Assembly: GCA_002245135.1 (NCBI GenBank)
Contig: NGBS01000042.1
Span: forward strand, 49,634 to 69,633
DNA length: 20,000 nucleotides
Reading direction: 5' to 3'
Source: Proteromonas lacertae
Lineage: Eukaryota
The notes below the pieces were generated by a model. The model was given only the letters and a program-made list of their open reading frames with translations, was not told the DNA's origin and searched no databases. The translations under genes were made by a program, and so were the position numbers. Below, piece after piece: positions 9,374 to 20,000 of this stretch. How positions within the stretch are numbered: position 1 is the stretch's first letter; each line of letters begins with the position of its first letter.

Positions 9374-9663
9374 AAGGATAAAAGAAACATATTATATATG
9401 AATAACAAAAAGATATTGACAAACCATTCAACAATTTTACTTCTATTTCTTCATTAATTGATGGTAGAATAGTCTACATTATATAATAACAGTTAAATAT
9501 TTTATATGTACAGACATATGTGGAATAAAATGATAATGTAATTTCTTTGTAATTTGACACTATTTTGACATTTTATTTTTAAAACATTCATACATATATT
9601 TTTTAATATTATAACATTTTCTTTATTGTGAGATATGTGAAATATATATGGTGTTGTTAATAA
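9374..9663 (+). repeat. Direct repeat copy B; carries an orphan hydrolase exon 1 (ATG at 9427, minus strand) and a U12 intron truncated before its AC acceptor
   Basis: Matches 4300-4587. The match stops 5 nt before the end of the AT-AC intron (copy A continues CAAAC, copy B continues AAAGTC). Confidence 0.95.
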
Positions 9664-9817
9664 AAGAATGATACATTTTAAAAATGTAACGTTTTGATCG
9701 ATTGATAATATACTTACAACTGTAGCAAAGTGTTTATAATCAATCAAGGTAATTATGTTTATAGTATTAAAGAAATGTTAGAATTGTAACGACTATATTT
9801 TCATTAGAAAAATAGAA

Positions 9818-12106
9818 ATGTCAAATTCTTTAGTAGATGATGTAATATCAGCATTATTTCCCACTCATTCGCAAGTATTTCAGTCATTTTTTATTTGTAG
9901 ACAATCGAGAGAAGTGAAAAGAGTGTTAATGAAGTTGATTTGAAAATACAACATGAAAAGTGTGCAAAAATACTTAAAATCATAAATATATGTGGAATAA
10001 AGGGAAAAGAGATATTAAAAATTCATGAAAATTACTCTTTCTTGAGAGATTTTTGTTCATCCATCCTGTTACCAAAACAAATTCAACTATTCGGGTGTAA
10101 TACGATAATATTGGAGAGAAGTTATTATATTAGAGATTTAGAAGAGATTATTAAGAGTGAGAGAATGTCAAATGATGAAATTAAGAAAATGATATGTTCA
10201 ATATGTGAAATAATAATCATATTGAGTGAAAATGATATTGTGCCTAGGAATTTGAAGAGTTCAAATGTTGTATTTGGAGTAGACGGTGATTTAAAATTAT
10301 GTGATTTATTCATAGATAAATTAAGAAGTGAAGAGGATATGAAAGTATATGATATTTGTTTCAAAAGCCCAGAAGAATTGAATGGATTAGAATGTAATGA
10401 TCGAAGTGTGATATGGTCAATTGGTTGTATATTATATGAAATGGTAAACAAGAAATTACCATTCAATGAAGATAATAATATCAACAAAACGAAAGAGAAT
10501 ATTATGAGATGTAAATACAGTCTAGATGGAATAAAGAATCAAAGAATCTCTAAATTATTAGAAAAAATACTTATAAAAGATAATGTAAAAAGAATAGCGC
10601 TAATAGAAACAATGAGATATTCCAGAATTGCTCAAATACTTTAGTAATGAATTATACCTACCATATTGCGAAATTGATGATGATTTTTTCAAATCATTCC
10701 TTTCATTAAGATTAAATGGATTTAAAGCAATAAAATATTTGGATTTGAGAAGTATAATTTGATATTATTCTATAATTTAGATAATAAACTGACATATAAA
10801 AGCATAGAAACTATAATAAACAATATTTCGTCATTTTCACATTTTGAATATCTTATATTATGTGGAAATGAAATAAGAGATGAAGGAATGAAGATATTAT
10901 CTCCACATGTACATTTACTAAAATGTTATAATGCAATTTATTGTTCAAGTATAGTTGTTATTTATATATTAGAAATGCAATTATCTTCAATTGGATTAAA
11001 ATATCTGTTAGATGGTTTAAAAAATATTCAAAATAAGATAAGAGTTGATGTAAATGAAAATAACATAGATTTAGCTGGAATTGAGTATTTGATGAATTAT
11101 GTGAAAGAGAATGATAACATTGAAAAGATAAAGATTCATGGTATATTTCTAATCACATATTAATTAATAGATAATCCAATTTGTAATATTGGATTTAGAT
11201 TAATGTTAAACAATTTGAATGTTGTGAATAAGAAAAACATTATAAATTCGAGCAATATATCAATTGATGATGAAAGTGTTTTATTATTAATTAACAGATT
11301 TGATTCAATTGGATATTGCAGAAAAATCAATTTAAATGGAAATAATATCAGAATGAAAGGATTAAAAGCAATTTGTTCAAAATCATTAGAAAAAGATGAA
11401 TATCCATTTATAGAAATGAATAACTCATCTTATGGAAATGAAGAATGTGAATATTATTTGAATTATTGTATTAAAAAGAAAAGAAGAAGTTATGAAAAAT
11501 GTTATGATTTTTCGAGTATATTATGTGTGTTTATAATGAAATAGATATGAATATTAAAGATTTGCACATTTCATTAATCAGACAGATTGATTATAAATAT
11601 CTTGATTTATCCAATAACCATATCAGCTGTGAAGGATTGAAAGATTTAACAGATTCTTTACCAAAAGATGATAAATATATCTCAATAGACAATAATGAAA
11701 TTGGAGATGAAGGAATAGAGATAATATGTAAATATTATGAAAAATTTACTTATAAAAATTCATTAAATCTTTCAAGTATTTTATGTTTCATATTGTGAAT
11801 AGATATCGGAATGAGTGAAAATGGATTAAAGATGTTAATAAAAAGATTGAAAGATTACAAATATGAAATAAAAAGATAAATATATCAGGAAATGATATAA
11901 ATGAAAGAGAATTACGATTAATGAAAGAAAATAAATATCTTTTTCATGAACTAAATGAATTATCAATAACAGTAAAAGAAGATATAGATAAATCGGAATT
12001 AAAAGCATTCTTAAAAACATTCTCATCAGCAGAAAAAATAAAAATTAGCGGAATATCAGGAGAAGAAAAGGAGAAATTAACAAAATTATTCTACAATATA
12101 GAATAA
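9818..12106 (+). CDS. Pseudokinase (Ser/Thr kinase fold, NEK-like) fused to ribonuclease-inhibitor-type LRRs; introns 9875-9900, 10752-10780, 10949-10972, 11141-11170, 11516-11544, 11776-11802; apparent indels near 10620 and 11872
   Basis: Kinase C-lobe motifs VPRNLKSSNV, LKLCDLF, FKSPEE, VIWSIGCILYEM...LPF, KLLEKIL...R. LRRs include YLDLRNNKL, YLILCGNEIRDEG, INLNGNNI, YLDLSNNHISCEG, ISIDNNEIGDEG. All six introns are GTAT...AG, 24-30 nt, and keep the spliced frame open. Confidence 0.85.
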
Positions 12107-12210
12107 CTATATTATACTTTCTATTTCTTATTCTTTCATATTTTTTCAAAATAGATTTGAACTAGATTTGAAAAGAGCTTGAACTTTTTAAAACGTTTTA
12201 TTGATTTTTA

Positions 12211-13099
12211 ATGTTAACAACACCATTGTATGATGTGTGGATAAGAGGAATTAATACTGAAAATTGTATGATTATGATTGTATATTATATAATAGTTGTT
12301 TCTGAATGTAACAAATATAACCGAATGTATATAGAGTATAAATCTTTATTAATAGAAAAAATACTTACACACAAAAAATATGTTCAAATCGAGCATGGGA
12401 TACAATGGTAATTAAGAAACAAAAACCTTTGTATGGTAAAGAGAAACAATTTGAAAAAAGTCTTTCTATCCCATCTTTATCTTATGGAGAAGTATACGGT
12501 GGTAAATATAATATACCAACAAATAAATTTCTTGAACAATTTGTTAAAGCAGCTGATGCAAAAGCTCATAACAGAATAAAATATCATGAATATCATCAAT
12601 ATGATAATACAAACGATAATACTCAATATAACAAGTATCCAACGCAGATAATTCACAAAATGAAACTTATAATGCAGCTCCTGGTCCTCCTTTGTTTCGA
12701 CCATTTCGAACAACAGATAAGAAAAGAAGGCCTAAGTCAGCACAGGTATTATCTTCCAAAATGCGACATGAAGAAGAAATTGATTTATCTGCTGATGAAG
12801 ATATAGTTAAATATAGAATTCAAGGGCCAAAAGATTCAGGTGAATATGAAAGACATCAATCTATGCCTGTAACAACTTCAATAAAAGGAACAATGAAACC
12901 TAAACCAATAAAAAATAAAATTGTTACATCAAAGTATAAATCTCCAATAGCAAATTTGCCAACAGCAAAATATGGTTTTGAAAGCCTTCCTTCTGCTTCA
13001 GAACCTAATTTATCTTCAGAAACTCATTCCAAGCATATTCATTCAAGTGGTAAAACCAGAATAAGGAAAAAGAGAAGAAGACCACAAACAGCTAGTTAG
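12211..13099 (+). CDS. Hypothetical basic protein; introns 12266-12295 and 12327-12355; apparent -1 indel near 12641
   Basis: Removing two GTAT...AG introns (30 and 29 nt) joins MLTTPLYDVWIRGINTENFVSECNKYNRIKNTYTQKICSNRAWDT in frame to the 12405 ORF. One added A then joins the 12692-13099 ORF (RRPKSAQ ... RRRPQTAS*). Confidence 0.7.
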
Positions 13100-13318
13100 T
13101 TATTAGTAATTATGTATTTTAGTTTTTTTTTATTGTCCTATGTAATTTTGTAGTATTTATGATTATCATTAAATACAATGTATATTTAAATGTCATTAAT
13201 GTATAAACTCACTCTATTTTCTTGCTAATTTATATTTGACAAGTGGACCAATAAAATTCTTCTAAAACGAATATATTTTTTAGATTTTTTTTCTAGAATC
13301 TTCATTTTCTCATCAATT

Positions 13319-14386
13319 ATGCAAAGTAAATATCTGTTATTCTTTTTCACAGTTCTGTATTACAAGTTTGTTATATTATAACTAGAATTTCATCCTCTTT
13401 TGCATTTTATGAAGAAGATGGTCCAGTACAACTTCTCACATCAAAAGATTTTGACAATTAGTATTAAGAAGTGAATCTGTTTGGATTGTAGAATTTTTCG
13501 CTCCGTATAATAACTAATTACACAAATTTTACTGTATAGATGGTGTGGTCATTGTAAAGCATTTAAAGATGAATATGAAAAAGCTGCAAAAGCTTTAACA
13601 GGAGTAGTTCATGTCGCTGCTGTAGATGCAACAGTTGAGCAAGAATTAGCTCAAAGATTCCAGATTCAAGGTTATCCAACAGTAAAAATCTTTGGATTAA
13701 ATAAAAACAAGCCAACTGATTATCAAGGTGCAAGAGAAGGCAAAGCTGTAGCAACTGCTGGTTTAAAAGCTGCTAAAGAAGCTGTATCAGCTCGTCTAAA
13801 CGGTAAATCAAAACCAAACACTGGGAACATGCCAAAGCAACAGCTGGTGGTAAAGGCTCTTCAAGTAAAGGTGATGAATCATCAAATGCATCGTCAAACG
13901 AAGAAAATGATGTAAAATTAAGCACAGTCCCATCTGTGTCTATGGAATTAACCAATCAAACAATATTCGATGAATGGTGTAATGGAAAGTTAATTTGCAT
14001 AATTTCTTTCTTACCTGATCTATTAGATAGTCATAAAGCTGGTAGAGAAGCTGAAATTGCCATATTAGATCAATTAGCTGAGGTACAAAAACGTAAACCA
14101 TTCGTTTTCTTCTGGGAAGAAGGTGGTAAATTCTATGATTTTGAACAAGCTTTTAAATCTCAATTTTGGATATCCAGCTACAGTAGCTATTAATAAAGAG
14201 AAAGGTAGATATGCTGTACATACTGGATCCTTCACTTTTTGATAGTATAAAATTGTTTTTGACTGGATTATCAAGCGGAAGTGTTAGAACAATCCCAACC
14301 CCCAATTACCAGAATTACCAACAATTGAGCCATGGGATGGACAAGATAAGCAAGAAGAACCTGTAGAAGACTTAGAAGAAAATTAA
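13319..14386 (+). CDS. PDIA6: Protein disulfide isomerase, PDIA6/P5-like; introns 13357-13385 and 13505-13539; five apparent single-base indels
   Basis: Signal peptide MQSKYLLFFFTVLISSSFA, then WIVEFFAPWCGHCK...IQGYPTVKIFGLNKNKPTDYQGAR, then the P5 C-terminal domain (ICIISFLPDLLDSHKAGR, FGYPATVAIN, GSF, EPWDGQD). Indels near 13457, 13817, 14155-14167, 14236-14240 and 14300. Confidence 0.85.
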
Positions 14387-14671
14387 ATTTGTTCTTATTT
14401 TTATATTTTTTTCTTATAAATTTTAATTTGGTTAAATGGGTGTGTATGTAATATCAAATGATTTAACATTGTCTTATTAAACAGTATTTTTTTAAATTGA
14501 AATGAGACAAGCCTGCATCAAACCACTCTTTGTCATTTTTTTAAAAAGAGGATTGAAGTGAGATAATCTATAAAATATTCTAACAGATATTTATTATTCA
14601 AAAAGGTGCATTCAATATTCCAAAAGAAATCTCGCTCCAACTCACAGTTCATTCATTTTAGGTAAATAGAA

Positions 14672-17600
14672 ATGCAATTGTCATATAGTGCAAGTGACTT
14701 GACAGATTTATCAGAAGAATTGTATTAAATATAAAATTAATCATATAGCCCTGATCCTGAGACACAAACTACAGAATTCCTGGAGACAGTAATTAAAAGA
14801 TGTGCATCTAGTATTAAAAAATCTATAATATTGTGACTAGCCCAATCTGTGGATATGAGATGCTTTTCATTATCACATTTTATGGATTCTCTTCATCTAC
14901 TGACTTTTAATGTAAAAGATATTGAAAATATATGGGAATGTACTAATGACTTATTGTATAGTGATAATCTATATGCAAAAGAAGTAATTTTCAAATTTGC
15001 TGGAAAGATAATGGTTGTATATATAATTAGTATTTATTATTTAATTAGAGTCTGCCTGTACCGCCACTATTTCATCATGATATGTTTTTTTTTCTTAAAG
15101 ACTAACGATGACTGGAAATTGAAGTTTGACTATTTATCTCAGTTAATTACTAATAATTTGCCTGCCACCAATCTCTGAGTAAAGAATTATGTATAATGGA
15201 ATTAATTGGCTAAAATGTGCAGATGAAGAAATTTAACATCAATATATATTATAATGGAAAGAGCTATAGGCGATATTCCAAGTTATTTCGTAATCATTTT
15301 TCTATACTTTTATCATACTCCTATCAATATCCTTTTCTTTTTTTTGTAATATAAATTTAAATTAGATTCACCTTAATAATTGTGTAATCTTTTTAATTTA
15401 AAATTAGATTCATGCCAAGTAATTCATGTAAAGAGTTCTGTTCATTCATTGAAGCCAGTTCACGATAATGATGTAAATATGAATTTGCAAATCCAAAATA
15501 TCTATCCGTTATAATCAAAATGTCATTTTACGATTATTCCATTTTAAAAAGTATTTGACCATTTAGCTATACCAGACAAATATCTTGGTTACGATTCTCT
15601 GTAATTTATTAATTATGCTAAATGATGAAAATTACTCAATAGATGTAAAATACGGCATAATAGTCGTAATAGAGCAATATTACTTATCAAATCCAGTGAC
15701 TAAAACAAAGATTGACATTAGAGTGATTTACAGGCATTATTATGATTATATTAGAGGATTTGATAGTTATAATAATAATAAAGTAATACCACGATCTCAC
15801 TTTTTATGTACAAACAATATACTATCATCTATTGTACATTTCTTCAATTCTAAGAAGATAGACTTTTGTTTTATTGATTATGAATGATGTTGGATATATT
15901 GATACTCTGTTTAAACAGATACGATAGTTAATAGGTGAAGGTAAACCTGAGAATAGTTAATAATGAAAATAAGACCAAATGATTTTGATGTATCCATAGA
16001 TGCATTTAAAGTGAATATAGTCAATTGTTATGAATATTTATCACTAGTAGAATTTGAACAATATTCTAATGAACTAAAAAGTATTTTGAATTTAAAAGAC
16101 TAGTAAAAATAGGAATGGTCTATTAATGCAAATGTTAAATCATTTATATTAAAAAGTGAAGTGCAAAATTGAATTTGGAGAAAAGTAATTTGTTGGATTC
16201 TTGAAGGAATTTGCATCATTTTATATTGATGAAGATAAAATGAGATTTCTAATAATAATAATAATAATATAATAAATAGAAAATGAATTACAATCTGAAG
16301 CTATTTTACTATTAAGAGATATATATTAAAGTACATCAAATATATGAGAGAGTTTATTATAAATGTATTATACCACATATAAAGAAGTTGTCTTATCACA
16401 ACAAGGTATTCAAATCATAGCGACATTATGGAAGAAATGTAAAATAAGTGTTTTCCACAATTTATAAAAGAAACGGATAAAATTTTAGAAGTTCCAATTT
16501 GAAGAACGTTGAGTGGTTAAATTATGTTATGGCATTAATTCAATTATTTACTTTTAAGTCTATTAAAAATCATAAATAAAAAATGTATTGATATATACAA
16601 TATTTATCCAATGTTTCAAAAGGCTGAACATCCAATTATTCATTATCATTTATTGAAATATTTTCAATTAATAGAATGTGATTATCACAATCATTTCGTA
16701 TTGTCAGTTAAAGATACTAATGGAAGTGTATATAATTATATATTATACGATTCTACATGTAATATTGACGAGTATAATAAGAATCCTAAATTAATCTATT
16801 TTGATATTCCACCACTACTTCAAACATTATGTAATTTTATAACAGGTCAAAAGATATATCAATTATTAATCAGCAGTATTATTACCTTAACAAAACTAGT
16901 TTCATTTCCTATATTCTTAAAGAATTATAGTTTGACAAACTTAGTTGATAGTTTATCATATATAATTCACTCTCCTACTGGTTTATTCCGTTTACCTAAA
17001 GATGTATTAAGTGATGATTATGATGATGATAGTGAAGATCGTAATGATAGCAGTAATAATAATGATGATGTGTGAGAGATGTTAATGATAATGGAGATAT
17101 AGAAGGAAATGAATCTGATACAATTAAGACTAATTTAACTAGTAGAAATAGAAATGGTACAATTGATAGTACAAATAATAATGATAATGAAGATATTGTT
17201 GATTTAGATCCTAAATATTTTAAAGAGAATGATAGCTATAAGTTATGAATGAATATATACCAACTACTAAGGAAGAAATCTCTAGAATTCAGAATAAATG
17301 TTATATTCTCTTAGCTGATTTATCTATTTATAATAATCAAATGTACAAAAGATGCTGATACAATATTTAAGAATCTAACAGATGCAATGAATAATATATT
17401 TCATCAAATCAGACACTATGATGTATTAAGCAATAACAGTGATAGTGATACAATGTTAATAATATCAAGGAAAAGAGCAACTTCAACCTGTACAACTACA
17501 TTAAGGACAAGATTCAATTCAATAGCAAGTGAAAGAGGAGGAAATGGAAATGGAAATAATTGTAATAGCAATTTTAGTAGTAATAATGGTCCAGTAATAC

Positions 17601-20000
17601 ATCAAGAATCTTTAAGTGATTATACACCTGAATCTAATAAGAATTTCAGTATTTATAATAATAATAATAATGGTACTTCAAATTCTGATTATACATCCAT
17701 ATTATATGATTCACAGTTGGTGTTAAGACATCTTTTATACGCTTTAATCTCCTTTATTGTGAAATCACCTTTACACTTTAGTCTATCTGATTGTTTAGTT
17801 TATTTACCTGATTTTATACTACAAATGAAATATGACACAGGATGAATATCCATTACCATTACTGATAATGTCATTATCAATGTGCTGACTATATATAATG
17901 AAATAAGAATAAAAGGATATGATATAATACTTACTACTCATTAATTGAAGAATGGATAATGAGAATAACTGACATTACTGTCGCAGTGTTACAGTTGGAG
18001 AAAGATTGTACAACTGTTGATTTTTTAATACTTCAAACTATTAGAGTGTATATAAAATGGTTAAATGAATGTCCTCATTCTATTGCAGCTAAATCTGCAG
18101 AAAAAGTATTTCCATATTTATTGAAAAGACAACATTCTAAGAATTGTTTAACTTCTACAGTTGCTATAGAGTTATTATATGAAGTATTTTCACCTTATAA
18201 ATTACAGAAATACCCTCCACCAGTGGATTCTTTAGTATTTAGTGATAAAATCAAAGTTAATGATAAAGAATATTCAGCAGTTTCACATTATATATATAAG
18301 AATATTTAATTACATTAAGAATGGTTTGATCAATGTAATATTAGTGACAATTAGAAAAACATATGGAGTATCACAATATGTAGTTGAATTAGATAACATT
18401 ACAACTTCCAATAATTCCATAAGATATTTACCTGAATTTAATGTAAATTACCAACAACAATTATTCCAACAAAACCAACAAGCTCAAACTATACAAAAGA
18501 GAAAACATTCTTCTTCAGTTACAACACCTCAATCACCATCTCCATTTTATACACAAATAGCTAATAGTATTAATAATCCAATATACCATTTAAATATACC
18601 ACTTGATTATAACCAAGGTAGTGATAGTAATGCATCAGATACAAGTAATAGTAACAGTGCAAGATCAACACCATCCTTTACACCCTTACCAAACACACAA
18701 TTGAACTATATGAATCAACAAACACAGAAATATTCAGATCAACCACAGCAATTTATACATTCCAAACAATCTCAGACTTTACCACAACAATCTATACCAT
18801 TACTTACTATTCCAACCACTTCTAAAGATCCATTATTAATGATATCATCATCATTACAATCATCTTCACCAGGTATACCATCTTCCATTAAATTCCCACC
18901 ATCTACTCTTTCAACAATTGCTGAAGCTAATAATAGTTGTAGAACAGAAGATGCTTTATCATGTGATTCAAGAAATGCAAGTGATTATATGAATAGCCCC
19001 AGTTGTGGAAGATGTAGTCCAACTGTCTTTAGTGATTTAAGTGTTTCTTCTTCAAAAGAAAGAGCATTATCTGATGATTCTATTAAATTAAGTAAAGGCT
19101 TGACTGACACATTGAATCATCATAGTTCTGCATATTCTACTGATTCTGATAATACTCCTGTTGATTTGCCAAGTGGTTTGATTGATTTGAGTGAAAGAGA
19201 TGATATGAATGGTTTGTTTAGAATGACAGGATCATTAGGTGATTTACATTCAAATAATTCATCCTCTACTGATAATTCATTAACTACAATAACAAGTACT
19301 TCAGCATCAGCAAATACAACAACAACTACTACAGCTACAACTACAAATACAGTAGCAACAATACCAAACAGTATTAATGGATTACCTGTTAGTAAAAATA
19401 AGAGTTATTTCAAACAACACTCTAATCCAGAATCATTACGTACTTTATCCTCAAAAATAGTAAGAGAAAGTGATATTCCAACAAAAAATAAGAAAAGTAT
19501 ATTCTGAAGTATTTCGACAATCATCCTATGATAGAATCAGATCATTATCTCATGATTCAAGTTATTCACATTTTAAGAAAGATCATAGAAAAATGAAAGA
19601 TTTACACTCAAGAAGAACTTCATCAATAGGTAATAGTGATGGTGATCATCAATCCTCATCAGATAAGAATAAAAGTGATAAAACTACAAGATATTCAGCT
19701 ATTTCTCAGTATATATATATATTTAAATATTTATAATTATTTCTATTATCTTATTTATTAAATAGGAGTGATTCAAATTTAGCAGGAATGTTACAACAAA
19801 AAATCGATCAACAAATAATGGAATCTCCATGTCAGTATCTAGGAGATCAATAGTTATATTACCCTCTGTCACTACATCAACAGGAGGAATAGATAATAAT
19901 AAAAGTAATAATGGTGTTGATGATATAAACAATAATGGTCAATTACCAGTAGGAAGAAACAGTAAAAACAGTTTAGTTTCATCAGAATATTACTGCAATA
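14672..20000 (+). CDS. TSC2: Tuberin/TSC2 homologue, 3'-partial (GAP domain presumably beyond the window); multi-exon with many apparent indels
   Basis: Introns 14722-14748, 14811-14840, 15017-15048 and 19709-19765. Segments resemble TSC2 in the expected order (from recalled sequence): IENIWECTNDLL ~ VEALWKAVADLL; HLLKYFQLIECDYHNHF ~ QAFDFLLLLRADSLHRL; IRVYIKWLNECP ~ AHHVIAMWFIRCR; TIRKTYGVSQYVVELDN ~ VRRPTGNTSWLMSLEN. Exact exon structure from 15180 to 16600 is unresolved. Confidence 0.72.
16251..16268 (+). repeat. (AAT)6 microsatellite, probably inside a short TSC2 intron
   Basis: aataataataataataat read directly from the sequence. Confidence 0.8.

Noticed and set aside
4300..9663. LTR retrotransposon or composite transposon
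   Set aside because: No TG...CA ends, primer-binding site, gag/pol or transposase; the repeat is a piece of a host gene's 5' region.
4405..9747. ORFs 4405-4599 and 9502-9747 as a duplicated small gene
   Set aside because: Their similarity just reflects the direct repeat; an indel between copies changes frame and the composition is that of AT-rich non-coding DNA.
10617..10644. 28-nt AT-AG intron as an alternative way to join kinase and LRR frames
   Set aside because: The donor ATATTCC lacks the U12 consensus, and the single-indel reading ETMRYPEL fits the usual kinase subdomain XI ending better.
2918..14305. Programmed ribosomal frameshifting (Euplotes-like) or a reassigned stop codon
   Set aside because: Shifts occur in both directions with no shared slippery motif or adjacent stop. 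TAA and TAG terminate genes normally, and the long ORFs need no readthrough.
15327..15388. Possible third U12 intron in TSC2 (ATATCCTTTT at 15327, TCACCTTAAT at 15368-15377)
   Set aside because: It reads equally well as coding (YQYPF), no acceptor cleanly restores the frame without another indel, and the region holds a near-tandem duplicate (aatttaaattagattca) suggesting poor consensus. Unresolvable without RNA-seq.
16244..16279. Apparent GA-AG intron in TSC2
   Set aside because: One missing T would give the ordinary donor GTATTTC, and this region is dense with indels.
182..19932. Short antisense or alternate-frame ORFs in the track (e.g. 182-373, 2428-2772, 4797-5015, 8702-9052, 10125-10487, 19723-19932)
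   Set aside because: They are shadows of the real genes with no independent motifs.

Overview
AT-rich, gene-dense eukaryotic (protist) DNA. Tiny GT-AG introns (mostly 24-37 nt, donor GTAT) and a TGTTTGTT motif right after a stop codon suggest Blastocystis or a close relative (inference). Reconstructed genes: SF3B3 (5'-partial), Rab23, a bacterial-type YcbL/GloC-like metallo-beta-lactamase-fold hydrolase, an intronless ABCB/P-glycoprotein flanked by ~290-bp direct repeats, a pseudokinase-LRR gene plus an inverted paralogue fragment, a basic hypothetical protein, a PDIA6/P5-like isomerase with one active domain, and a TSC2/tuberin homologue (3'-partial). The main find is invisible in the ORF track: the bacterial-like hydrolase assembles best by removing two minor-spliceosome (U12-type) introns, both starting ATATCTTTTT, one AT-AC (48 nt) and one AT-AT (44 nt). 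That would imply minor-intron gain in a probably laterally acquired gene. Many single-base homopolymer frameshifts of both signs are most likely assembly errors.
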